From Pseudogymnoascus verrucosus (taxonomy: Eukaryota), in assembly GCA_001662655.1 (NCBI GenBank), contig KV460262.1: DNA of 64,000 nt; one strand, written 5' to 3'. The position numbers and the translations under genes were made by a program. The first letter of the stretch is position 1; every line of letters begins with the position of its first letter. The notes under the pieces were generated by a model. The model did not search any database. It had not been told where the DNA came from and was given only the letters and a program-made list of their open reading frames with translations. Positions 51,619 through 63,751 of this stretch are shown here, one piece after another.

Positions 51619-54600
51619 CTACACCACAATCAGGTTCTTCACCCGTAGCCCCTTCGCACTCTCAACCCAATATCTCCTCCTGATCCCTAAACTCCTCGCC
51701 CTCCTCAGCGCCCCCCACGTCGCCTCCCCTCCCCCAACCATCACCATCGGCACCTCATGCGCGCGCCTCATCCCCGCTGGCGTCTTCTGCACCACCTCCA
51801 GCAGCGGCCGGATGAGCTCATTATCATCATCATCGCTCACCATAACCACCATCTGTAGCCCCGCAGCGGTAGGGTAGAAGGCCGGCACATTCGCCAGCTT
51901 CTCACTGAAACTGCACCCGCCTCGCCGCATCACGATCACATTGTACGCGCGCACCACGCGGTCAGGCAGCTTGCCGTCGCAGTTGTGAGAGGCGAAGTAG
52001 ATGCTCGTCCAGGATAGGGGGTCGTTGGAGACGGCGTTGGAGTCGGGCGCTTCAGGCGCGGCGGGAATTGGTGCCGCGCCCGTGCCAACCGCACACTGTG
52101 CGCGGAGGGAGAGGAGTTGATATTTTGGTTCCTCATTAGGCTGGGGTAGGAGCGTTGCGACGGGGTCGCGGAGCGCTGATGTGACTTGTTGAAGGAGGGA
52201 GGAGAACATGGTGCGGTAGTCTGAGGGTAAGTCTGCTAGCGCCTCGAGGTGCAGGGATTCGGGTGCTGCTTCGGAGTGAAGAGCTTCTTCGATCTTGCCG
52301 CTTGTGGGGAGCCTTGATGATGGCATTCCGTCTGTTTTGTTGACCTGAGAGTTCTCAACCTGGATGACGAGGTCGACGGTGAGAGGGTCACGGACTCGGG
52401 TAAATGATGGGTCAACGATGGGCCCTATCGTTTCTCGAGAGATGAAGACCTTCTCATCCCGACCCAGTGGGGTTGTGCCGATATTGAGGATTCGCCAGGA
52501 CTTGGAAACGGGTCCTTCATCGTAGATGAATTGTGCTGAACTTTCTTCCTCGATCATCGCCACCGTAAGGCCAGCAAGGTTCTGAATGAGGACGCCCTCG
52601 TTGTTCACTCTGACAACGGGCTGAGAACCCACAGCTATATTGAACCCCTGACTTGCAAGTTGTGAGCTGGATGGGAATTCTATCCAAAACGTGTCTCGAA
52701 TAGGTAAGCGTGCGCAAATCGCGTTGGGAGGCACGAGACTTGAAGGCAGAGTCCAGGGGTAGATTGAATGATTTGCTGGTTGTGACCATTGATTCTCCAC
52801 CGCCTTTGTAGTATCCAAAGCAATTTCATCCATGGCATTGTAATTCGGAACACGGTGAAGCCCGACTAAGCTCGCAGCATGGAAGATATCTGGCCGTGCA
52901 GCAGTGGGTGACCCCGTAAGTGGTTGCATTGTTGGCGGAACAGGACAAACTTCGGCATTCTCGGGCGAGGTATAAGACTCTACCGAAGAACTCCTAGGCG
53001 CTTTTGGTGTGTTCTTTTGCTGACTTGATTTTCGTGGAATGATTAAAGGATGGCCTTCTGTGGTGAAGACGTAGGGGGCGTCGAGAGAATTCAAAGGATG
53101 ATCCGGATCAAAGAGGAGGTAAAGATACTTCGCTGTCTCTCCCAGAAAGAAGCTTTCCATCCTATCACTCATCTCACCAGTGCGAACATCTTGCAAGCCA
53201 GACCATCCGCACTCTGCCCAGCAGCGTCGCTGGATATCTTTCAATACCATCTCCCCAACATGAAGGTACCACGGATCTTGGGTTGCACGGAATATATGGT
53301 AATTCGACTCAATAAATTCCGGGCGGCCAGGCCACCAACCTAGCCCGCCCTCAACGGTTCCGTCCCTCACTGACCATCTCTCCGGTAACGCCGAGTATCT
53401 GGTCCACAATGCCGTGTAAAGTAAATGGGTTTCGATAGCTTCGTCTATCTCACCAGCTATGGCCAACAGGCCTGGGTAATAGGCACCAAGACTATCTATC
53501 CAATAAGTCTGCGGCGACCCTGTAGCAAGGTGTGCAACAACATAGTGAGGGTGGTGAGTACTGCTGTATAAATGCCTCTTGATAGCGCTGTGCGCCTCTT
53601 TCCAGGCCTCCAGAAAACTGTCCGAGGCATTCTCCTCAGAAGTTAGAGGTTTGAAAATTGTATTCGGGTCGAGCCAAGTATCCGACCTCTTGCCAGCTGG
53701 AACCGTGGTATTTGGTGGCGCAAGACCAGATGTGAGTATGTGAGTCTTAAATGCATATTCAAAGAAGCTATCAGTGCCTGCACCAATACCAGCATATGGT
53801 CCTATCCACTTTCCATTCTCGGCGTCAATACCCGCACCGAGAAGGCTGAGCTGACTCCGATGAGACCACACAGCCCAAAACGCCCGTTTAGCAAGTTGTT
53901 CGAACCGAGGGTCGCCAGTTAACCGGCTAAGCACAGTAAACTCGAGGACCAAGCTTCCTGCGCCAGCACTGCACGTTTCGGTGACCTCATTGGAACCAGC
54001 GCCGCCCTCCCGTGCCCCGGAGCCCTTGTGCAACGGGGACCTATGATAAAATGGTATGCCGTGTCGCAAGTTGACCCTGGGATACGGCATTCCAGTATTG
54101 GTATAAAATGCCGGGAGCATTCGTTGCGCCAAGTCCAAGGCAAGGCGTAGTAACTGCCCGTCGTATTTGAATCCATTCGACCACAGTATTGGGGCTTCTT
54201 CGCCTGGCACGTCTGCCTTCCAAGGCCAACTTGAAGCTCTTCGCGGTTTGTAGTTTCTTATAGGCAGCTCACCGATTGCAAAAAGGTGAGCGCTAAGGAG
54301 TCCTCCTACACCGCGAATCACTGTCTCGAAGACCTGGACCTTGCTGTCTAAATCGAAGCCCCGCGCCTTGAGACCCTGCCCGGACGACCCTTCTGTGCCG
54401 TCGCCATAGTGGATAATGAGCGATGCAATGCCGTCTTGAAAGTCGTGGAGCGCGTTGAGACCGGTTCGTTCATTATCCGGGGGTGCCGAAGCCAGAATGG
54501 CCAGCGTCGACAAGCTGTCAATGAGTGTGAGCGAGTAGTTTCCAAGCGCATCGTTGAGGTCTATGTTTCTCGGATTATTGCTTCGTGTCAAGGGTTTGCA

Positions 54601-54885
54601 GGAGACTGGTCTAAGCTGCGCAGAATATTAGTAACTATAGAAACTCTCAGTGGGGAAAGAACGTACCTCATCGTCCGGAAATGCAATGTTCATGTAGTTG
54701 TCGTATCCATGGTAGAACATGTCAACTGCCTCTTGACGCAACTCGGCAATGCGCCGCGGGGGCATAGCATTGGCCACTGCGACGAAGGCAGCAACTAGAA
54801 ATATATATAGCCATGGTCGTGTGTGAGAAGGTGGCCTGCTCTTATATGAGGTACGCAGGGACGGCCTCAGCCATCGCAATGGCAT
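51619..54885 (-). CDS. MNL1: EDEM/Mnl1-like GH47 alpha-1,2-mannosidase with a C-terminal PA domain
   Basis: Signal anchor, MFYHGYDNYMNIAFPDDE/LRP, SLTLIDSL, VQVFETVIR, TETCSAGAG, GAGTDSFFEY, RPEFIES, MESFFLGET, FTTEGHP, PA motif RGGCSFSEK. Confidence 0.92.
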
Positions 54886-55456
54886 CGCCGCTATGGGAAT
54901 AATAACGGCATGGGAGCTAGGCGCAAATCAACAACAGCTCTGATGGCTGCTCGCGCGACAAATTAAGCAAATGGGTATCTAGGAAAGGAAGGTTGGGAAG
55001 AATAGTAGTAGTAGGAGCATGAGTAGCACGGGAATCGCGATGTGATGTGGCTTTAAATTCAGTGTAGTAGGGTGGCATATTATGTCAACTAATACCGAGG
55101 CACGTGAGGCTAAAGATGAATTTCTAATAAAGTAAATACGAGTTTAAATCAATATAATAAAATATTGCAAGACGAGTTCCTGAAAGTACACCTGGCATTT
55201 TAGTGAGTTTATTCGATCGTACCTATCACAGAAATATCATCCCATGGGTCGAGGGGACAGTACATGAATTGTAACCCGGCAAATTAATGGTCCGTTGGTC
55301 AACCTCGCCGAGCAAGGCTGAGAAAGGTCCCAAGAAACCACCTACGAACCCGCCCACTCATTTGACGATAAGGAGTGAAAGTCGACCCGCGCGATCCAGC
55401 AGCACCACCACGACACCAGCGATGTTATTAGGCAACAGGTTTGCTCATCGTAAACT

Positions 55457-56796
55457 ATGATCGAGCATGATTTAGCAGGCACAAGTAAGGACTTTGCGAG
55501 ATGAGGGTGACGTACCACTGCTAACACGTTCACCAGCGCCATTATGGTCGACGGAATCTACGGCTGTCTTGCTCGCCGAGCTGGCACGACGACAGGAGGA
55601 GGGAGAACGGCCGGCTTGTGGTTCTGCGCAAGGGGGGGATTATAGTACACCAGCTCACGTTGGAGCCTTGGTTCTCATCCTCGTCCTGAGTATTGCTGGT
55701 ACGATTGACACCCGATACACAATTTCCAGGGCGCTACTAACAATTATCAGGCTGTGGCTTCCCCCTCATCTCCCAACGTGCGAACAAACATAAAGGGCCA
55801 AACGACCTCGTCTTCTACTCACAACACTTCGGCACAGGAGTGCTGATTGCAACCGCCTTCGTGCATCTCCTCCCCACCGCATTCGTCTCCCTCACCAACC
55901 CCTGTCTCCCATGGTTCTTCAACCAGGGATACCGGCCACTGGCCGGCGTAATAGCCATGATATCCGCCCTCATCGTCGTCGGGCTCGAGATGTTCCTCCG
56001 CACGCGAGGCGTCGCGCACACCCATTCCCACCTCGAAACGTGGGAACCCGAGACTACCGCCATCCCCGAACAGGGCCAGGCGGACCAGGATCGCGAGTAT
56101 GAGGAATCGACCGTTGGACTGATGGGCGCGAGGTCGTGGAATGGTGAGCCGAGCCCAAAGGAAAATGGAAACAAGACGACATCGGACTACCGCGGAGATG
56201 CGGAGGACTCGGATCTCGATTTGGATGAATTGGACCCCGCGACGGGGACAAATGGTGGTACCGGCTCGCGGCCGCATGCTCAAACTCTTAGCCCGGAGGA
56301 ATTACAGAAGAAACTCATGGTTCAGTGTATGCTCCTCGAAGCCGGGATCATCTTCCACTCCGTCTTCATCGGCATGGCCGTATCCGTCGCGACCGGGCCC
56401 CCATTCGTCGTTTTCCTCATCGCCATCTCCTTCCACCAGACGTTTGAGGGCATGGCATTAGGCTCCCGTATAGCGGCCATTAAATTCCCCAAGGGCTCCT
56501 TCAAGCCCTGGCTTATGGTTCTTGCCTACGGCGTTACGACGCCTATCGGACAGGCTATCGGTCTGGCCGTTCACACGCTTTATGACCCGAAGAGCCAGGC
56601 TGGGCTCCTCATGGTGGGGGTGATGAATGCGATTAGCAGCGGCTTGCTGTTGTTCGCGGGGCTGGTGCAGTTGCTTGCGGAGGACTTCCTCAGTGAGGGG
56701 AGTTATGGTGTACTACAAGGGAAGAAGAGGGTTCAGGCTTTTACGGCGGTGATTTTGGGAGCTACGTTGATGGCAATGGTAGGTGCGTTTGCGTGA
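55457..56796 (+). CDS. ZIP family zinc/iron transporter
   Basis: PACGS...HVGALVLIL, HFGTGVLIATAFVHLLP, HTHSH loop, LEAGIIFHSVFIG, FHQTFEG, TTPIGQAIG. Two introns; start approximate. Confidence 0.9.
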
Positions 56797-57735
56797 TTAT
56801 GTATCCGCTTGTATAGACAGCGTGGGATTTTTGTATGCATATTTGGAATAGTAAAAGGGGCATGTAAGAAGATTCGTTTTTGGGTAATGGCATATTTTGT
56901 TAATATCTGCACCAAGTTTTGCAATGGAAACCAACTTGAATAGATCTGGCTTTGATGGGATTCAATCAGATATGTGCACGACAAGGCATGAACTATTATC
57001 TGAAGTGATTCGGACCCCGACATCTATTACCCTATTACCATTGGCAGGAGATGAGAGCATCTAGGCCAGGCCATAAAAACTTAACCAACTCGTATTCCTG
57101 TCAATCTACTTCAACGGGCCGTCCTCTGTCCGATCACCTGCATCGGGACTGTGTTACTGAGGAACTGGGGACTTGTAACATATCTACCACAACCAAAGGA
57201 TAGAAGTTGATGCTAATCACATAATTTATCTTCTTCTATAATCAACGACTTTTAAGCTATATAGCTAGATATGATTGTAAATACCAGCTTTGCCTGCCTA
57301 TAAAATCGTCATTGTTGATAATCAATGTATTTATAGCGTACGCACTATTGACGATAACGCGTAACCCCATAACCACCCGCAACATTAGTACGTGCCACCC
57401 TGGCCCATCGTACTCGACTACAACTTGGGGTCCAAGGCAGCACTTCGTAGTAGCACATCCCAATTGTCTCAGAATACAACGCATGTCTCTGTCCAGCTTC
57501 CAGCTCCAACTCACCACCAGCTGAGTTAATCCTCTATATCGTTGCATCGCGCAGCATCACCAACACATCCCATCGTCGCATCAAGCTCCTGTCGAGCTAC
57601 CCCGGATCGTCGTTACTCAGCCTTGCGATGTCATAGGCGTTCCAGCCTCGCCACAGTCGTAATCAAAGCACGACATACCGTCCCGAACCTCGAGCATATA
57701 CCGAGAGCCTCACGTCGAGAGCCTCTGAAGCAGCC

Positions 57736-58886
57736 ATGCCTACCGTTATCGATGGCTTCGAGGCCCTGTATTATATGAATATATGGCGGATCCTAGCCGA
57801 CCTCACGCACTCACTGTCGAAATGCATCCTTATCTTCGCCATCCACCGCAACCGGAGCTCTGAAGGTCTGTCTCCCCCCCCTTCTCCCCCCCATCGCAGT
57901 CCAGATCTCGGTATAGAACAAACTCTAACACCCCCCCAGGCGTCTCCGTCATCTCCCAAGCCCTCTACGCCCTCGTCTTCTGCACCCGCTACATCGACCT
58001 CTTCTGGAAGAACCCCAAGGACAACTACTGGAACTTCATCTTCAAAATCTTCTACATCGTCTCCTCGCTCTACATCCTCCTCCTCATGACCCGCATCTTC
58101 GCCCGCACCCGCGAGCGCGAAGTCTCCTACCGCCTCGGCGCATACAGTCTTCTCGGCGCCCTCGTCCTCTCCCCCTTCATCACCATGATCGCCGAGAAGG
58201 CGTGGGGTCCGTCATTTTCCTATATCGTTATCAACTTCTCCCTCATCCTCGAGAGTGTCTGCGTTTTGCCGCAACTGCTCTTACTGCGCCAGACTACGGT
58301 CCCGACGGTCATCGACTCGTACTACCTCCTCGCGCTGGGCGCGTATCGTGCGCTGTATATCTGTAACTGGATCCAGCGTTACGCGTCTGCGGACCCGGTG
58401 AAGCCAGAGGCTGTGGCGGTTATCTTTGGCGTCATACAAACACTACTATACGTCGACTTCGCATGGGTGTACTACTCACGCCAACGCGTGAAGCTGCGCA
58501 GCGGCGGAATCGTAGACGCCGATGACCTGAGCAAGTCTTGGATGTTACGGCGAGTTCTTCGCCGCGGCCGGGACAGCGAGGAGAATGATGAAGAAGCGAG
58601 ACCAGCGCTGGGAGATGATGGGGAGTATGAGCAGAACGTGTCCGGGAGGGAGGGGTCGAGGGGACGAGCGGGGGGTTGGGGGAGGAGGGGCATCAGTGTT
58701 AGTGCTGATGATGATGTGCTGGCGGCGGAGAGGGGTGAAGGGAGCCCGATTGCGGCGGATGCCAGGATGAGGGATCCGGATGAGTTGGCGAGGATCTTGC
58801 ATGATGAGGATGATAGTGATGCGGAGGTGACTGGGGCGCCGAAGGCGACGCCGATTGGAGGGGAGGAGTGGAGGGATAGGATTTAG
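57736..58886 (+). CDS. ERD2-like ER lumen protein-retaining receptor paralogue with a long acidic C-terminal tail
   Basis: MNIWRILADLTH...EGVSVISQALYALVFCTRYIDL, FSLILESVCVLPQL, LGAYRALYICNW, GVIQTLLYVDF. One intron; start at 57736 or 57775. Confidence 0.88.
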
Positions 58887-59329
58887 CTTGATGTGGTGGA
58901 AGAGGGGTGGTTGTTTGATTGAGGAAGTCTTGGGTGTTTGAGACTACAGGGCGAGATTGTTACTATACAATATGTTAAATGAAATGATATTATACCCCCC
59001 ACTGTGAAAATACAATTACCATTTGGTATGATGGGGATCAAGAAGTGTTTCGTAGAGACCAGCAATCGAAGAAGAATTAGAACCTGCGCTCCGCATATTC
59101 CCTTACCCTATCTGAACAGTGACCATGTAAAGCCAGGGGTTGTCAACAGCAAAATAAAGGCAGTGACAACAGCGCATGGCGGCGAGAATGGCAGTGAGAA
59201 TGACAGGAGAATAACACGACAGCAACACCACACAGCGACAATGCAACCCACTTCCACCATTCTCAATATCTTCTCCACACATTCTCCCCCGGCTTCGTGT
59301 AGAGCCGGCTACAGGTTCGGCGTTGGGAA

Positions 59330-59500
59330 AGGGCCCGTCACAATGTCCTTTGCTTTGCTGTACGTAGACAATCCTCTGATCAAACCTTGTCCCATCCTCA
59401 ACTCTACTTAACGTATCCATAACTGAGTATCCTCACCCTCCCTGCTTTAGAACTCTCTTTGAGTAGATCCTTCGGAGTGAAGCTGCCATGTCCGAGATGA
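59330..59500 (-). pseudogene. Possible relic of an NLR-associated alpha/beta-hydrolase N-terminal domain
   Basis: SFTPKDLLKESSKAGRVRILSYGY resembles the WP.DLL...RIL.YGY motif. It is followed by stops. Confidence 0.35.
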
Positions 59501-59879
59501 TCTTTGCGACCTCCCATTTTTTTTGTACTTCCGCTACAGCCTCTTTGAGGCCATTCAATAGGCTCCGCATCATCTGATCGAGTTCTTTCGGGGTCTTCCT
59601 GCGGTGACTGTCCGATAATGAGTATATGTGTCATCGTTATGGAGAAGTCAGATAGATGCCAGGCCAATCATATACGTTGGCTGTGGAACATGTGGCCCTT
59701 TTCCCGTTTTGTTAGCGATGCTTTGCGAAATGGCCACGAAATCCCAAGTAAAGAGCTGGGGTGTTTGCATCTAGACCGAAGACCAACAGCGGCAGCGGCA
59801 GCGGCAGCGGCAGCGGCAACGGGGGATTGTCGACAACAAGAGAAGAGCGGTAACAACAGCACGTGGCGGTGAGAATGAC

Positions 59880-60670
59880 GGCATGAAGACTGATGTATCT
59901 TGGTAAGTTCAAGGGGTTCTGAGAGACGGAGGGCCGTTTTGGTGTGTTCATACATAGCGGTGGATTATCTGCTTCTTCGACAAAGGATGTCCGAGAACAA
60001 GGTAATTATCTGGAGTACAATAACCCCTATATCAAAGTACAAAGCACAAAGCACAACATCTGTTCATTCATTGTCTTGTTTTCTAATTCACCATAGACAA
60101 AGACGGGGGTGGGTTCACAATAGTCGAATGATTCGAACGAACAACCCCCTTCTCCTAAGTTTCATCTCATATTCACAAGATTACCAGGTCTATATAAGAC
60201 GACATGAACCTCCCTCTCATCTCTTCCGCTAACCAGAAACAGAGCAACACACTTTCCAGCACAATCAAAAGACAATCTAAAGCAGGAACATCATCAAAAA
60301 CCCTCTCGGCTTCTCCAACCTCCTTCAAGACACCCATCCCACCTCCTCTCCGCAACCATGCCTTCCACACAACTAACCTCCTTCACTAGATTCCCAAAGC
60401 TCCCCGTCGAGATCCAAGTTATGATCTGGCAGTATGCTATCCATTCTGTCCCAAGTGGCATACTACTATGCTACAGACCGGACAGGCTATCGGCCGAGGT
60501 TCTTACCTGCGGCGGTCCTGCAAGCATGTTATCTCTCGCGCCTGCTGGCACAGGAGCGTTGGACGCTAGGCATACCTAATGATGCTACTGTTAACAAGAA
60601 GGTGTATATTGATGTTGGGAGGGATGCAATCTTCTACTTTGGTCCTCCGCAGCATGATGATAGTAGGTAA
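59880..60670 (+). repeat. Duplicated unit 1 (upstream region plus 2EXR gene)
   Basis: Collinear blocks shared with 61370-62234: gcatgaa(a)gact, ttcgacaaaggatgtcc.agaacaa, aacaacccc, tttcatctcata, ctatataagac, gaacctccctc, aaccagaaaca, ccgcaaccatgccttccaca. Confidence 0.85.
60358..60670 (+). pseudogene. 2EXR-domain gene, frameshifted
   Basis: MPSTQLTSFTRFPKLPVEIQVMIWQYA in one frame; PAAVLQACYLSRLLAQERW...KKVYIDVGRDAIF in another, with no plausible intron between them. Confidence 0.75.
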
Positions 60671-61254
60671 GTCGCTTAGAGGCTTGAGATGGTGGTCTTT
60701 ATATATATACATATTAGCATACTAGAGCGGCTGCGAAGGCGATATAGCAGGATAATGGAGGTGGTAGCAAAATCAGTGATAGAAAATAATAGGTAGGTCA
60801 TAACAAGTGGGTCTTTCATCAGCTTAACTCAGCGGTCTTTAATATATACCATATCCCAGCATTCTATAACAACTGCGGCAGGGTTAGTCTTTTGGATAGT
60901 TCGCCCCTATACCATGATCATGTACCCATCCCCTTTTTTACTTTGAGCCGTGTCTCCATTGACCCTGCTAGTGTGGATGACGGTGTTGTGGTGTAGTTGG
61001 TATTAGGATTAGTTGGTGTTAAGATTGGACATCTCATGTAAATAGCTCGAGAAACTGCTTGCTTTTTCGGGAAAGCAGTATCCTCGTTCTCCTCCACGAT
61101 CCCCGTCTCCTTGTGGCCGATACCTTCTTGCCCATTCCCTATAGGGTTGGGGATTGGGGCGCGAGAGGCTAAAGGGGATGAATGGCTTCGCGTTTATGTA
61201 GAGTTATCTGAATGTGCCGCTGCAGTCCTGGGATGGGATAGGATGAGAGGGTGA

Positions 61255-61442
61255 GGGAAGGGAGAAGTGCATGAAAGACTTCCAAGGCCGATTAGGTTTT
61301 GGGAATTTTAAGGGTTTTTCAAAGAGGGAGGGCCGTTTTGATAAGGTGGGGGATGGGAAGGGGGAGAGCATGAAAGACTATCAAGGTCGATTCGGACTTG
61401 GAAACTTTGAGAGTTCTGAAAGAGGGAGGGTTGCTTTGATAG
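61255..61442. repeat. Tandem ~98-bp diverged duplication
   Basis: gggaaggg...gcatgaaagact.caagg.cgatt.gg..ttgg.aa.ttt.ag.gtt...aa.agagggaggg occurs twice; a third related copy lies at 59881-59945. Confidence 0.8.
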
Positions 61443-61781
61443 AATCCATATGCAGCCGTGGATCATTTGTTGTTCGACAAAGGATGTCCAAGAACAAAGA
61501 TGGAGACTAGTTCGCCCACCAAGGACGAATGATTTGAAATGAACAACCCCGTCTTCCTGGTTTCATCTCATACTCGCGCCACAATAAACAATACGACCGG
61601 TTCTATATAAGACAGTGCGAACCTCCCTCCCATCTCCTCCCTAAACCAGAAACACACCAACACAGCTCGCCAACAAAATCGCAATCCAATCTAAAAGAAA
61701 AAAAAGCATCCTCAAAAACCCTCGCAGCTTCTCAAAACTCCTCTTTTCGAGATATCCTCATCCCATCTCCTCCCCGCAACC

Positions 61782-62234
61782 ATGCCTTCCACATAGCTAA
61801 CCTCCTCTCCCAGCTTCCGCGACCTCCCCGTCGAGATCAAAATCATGATCTGGAGATTCGCCATCCACGCCGTCCCAGGCCGCGACGTAATCATCCACCA
61901 CAGGCCCCTCCCCTACATCCCCCTACCCATCCCCGACGTCCTTCCACGAACCGAGATCACCTCCAGCACGCCAATCCCCGCCGTCCTACACGCATGTCAC
62001 CTCTCGCGGCTGCTGGCGCAGGAGCGGTGGATGTTAAGCTTGGGAGCACATGCGGCTGCCGAGAAGAAGGTGTATGTCGATGTGGAGACTGATTCGATTC
62101 ATTTCCCGGTCCAGACGTTGTTGATGATCTGGCACCATGATGGGGATTGGGAGGATCTGTTGAGGTTTGCTGGGAGGGAGAATATTCATGTGGTGGGGGG
62201 TTGGCATGGCTTGAATCCTGAGCTCACGCATTAG
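61782..62234 (+). pseudogene. 2EXR-domain gene with a stop at codon 5
   Basis: ATG CCT TCC ACA TAG (61794-61796, where the paralogue has CAA), then SFRDLPVEIKIMIWRFA...IPAVLHACHLSRLLAQERW...KKVYVDVETDSIHF. Confidence 0.8.
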
Positions 62235-62559
62235 AGTCCTGTGTTGAGTTTTAGATATAATATAACCCCCCATCTGGTAGCTCATTTTAGGCGTGTGGGG
62301 AGATAATGAATTAGAATATATCTCTATTTATGCTACAGTTTATGAGACTTCTTTGAGGAGGCAAAGTGCGTGATTTCCGGACTACTAACTACATTATTGT
62401 AGCTCTTGTAAGTAGACGAATTAAAAACTTAAAGGGCGCTCGTATGACTATTTTTCCAGTATATACGATCAGTATGGGGGAAAAGTGGGATGAAGAGTGC
62501 CAGATTTAGTGATAATAGTTTGGCAGGACAGTATATTCCTTAGTCATGTTGGCGTGCGC

Positions 62560-63751
62560 CACTTTTGTTGCCCTGCATGTGCTGTGCCCTCTTTACGGAA
62601 GGTTTAGCATCCCAACAACAGACCTTCTCCAACTCTTTCAAAATTATTATGCTTCCTCATACTTCCATGGATTCTTCTGTAATTGTGAGAAATAAACGGT
62701 TGCTCATCATATTAGGACACAGAAAGCAGGACATGGGCAATTCTAAATGGTGTGGGCGCAGTTGTGGCAGTGGATACGTGGGAACTTTCTGTCAAGACGT
62801 CCCTGAAAGTCTTAGACACTAGGGAAAAACTCAATAGCGTTTTACGGTCTGAGATTTCTGAAAAAAATTGTGAACTTAATTCGGCAGGTAATTGGGACAA
62901 ATTAACAGGGCCTGGGGTGTGTGAGGGAAGGCGTTGCTTCTTTCACGGCAATTTGTCATCCCAAATAGGGGTTTCTATGAACTGTTAGCACGGCCCAGTA
63001 TGCAAATATTGATATTTTTACCTCGAGAATCATAGTATGGCCTCTTGAGTTTTGCAGCTACCTCGAGACAAGGCCGATCGTCGCCTGTATTTGATACCGA
63101 GATATCTGGCATGTTGTTGTCACACTTAGTCCTTCCTTCGAGACAGTCCAACGAGTTTTGTCGAGAGTGTAGAATCTCAGCTGCCTGTTCAGGATTTAGA
63201 AGTGCAATGTAGATTGTTGTATAATCGCGGTAAAACTGATGAAGTTGTTCAGAGAACTTGGGGTGAGACTATGCTGAGTCGATAGCACAACAGTATTCAG
63301 GGAACCAGTCAACTGTTTTCACGCTTCTTAGGTTGCTGTTGGTTGCGAGGTTCCAGTGGCAGGCCAGGGGTTACGTGAACTCCGGGCCTTATGGCAGATT
63401 TCCGAACGAGAAGAGGCAGTACAGGTAAAAGCACCGAAGCCAGCTAACTATCTCCCGTTTCCATGAAGCCGCCGTCGTGATCGAAGACATAGGATGCGGC
63501 CGTTCGAGAGGCCCGAGGCAGATATCACAATTGACCAACCATCCTCTGCTTTCGTGAAGTCGCCGTCGTGATGCGGCCTTTGGAAAGGCTCGAGGCAGGT
63601 TTGGGAAATCGACCAACCATTCCCCGTTTCTGCTGTTGTGATCGCAGACATTAGATGTGCCCTTTCGAGAAGTCACAGAATTGGCCAAGAACACAAGTTG
63701 CCATATTAATTCTAAAGAGTCGATTAAGCCAAGAATCCAAGCTTGGGACAC
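62560..63751 (-). pseudogene. Decayed F-box-like gene
   Basis: LSQLPAELSSQFFSEISDRKTLLSFSLVSKTFRDV is F-box-like. An upstream intron (about 62976-63021) is followed by an in-frame TGA at 62945-62943, with further stops downstream. Confidence 0.5.
63440..63652. repeat. About 2.5 diverged tandem units of ~70-85 bp
   Basis: Minus strand: atcac.ac.gc...gaaa...g..atggttggtc.att...ctgcctcg.gcct.tc.aa.ggccgcatc recurs. Confidence 0.65.
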
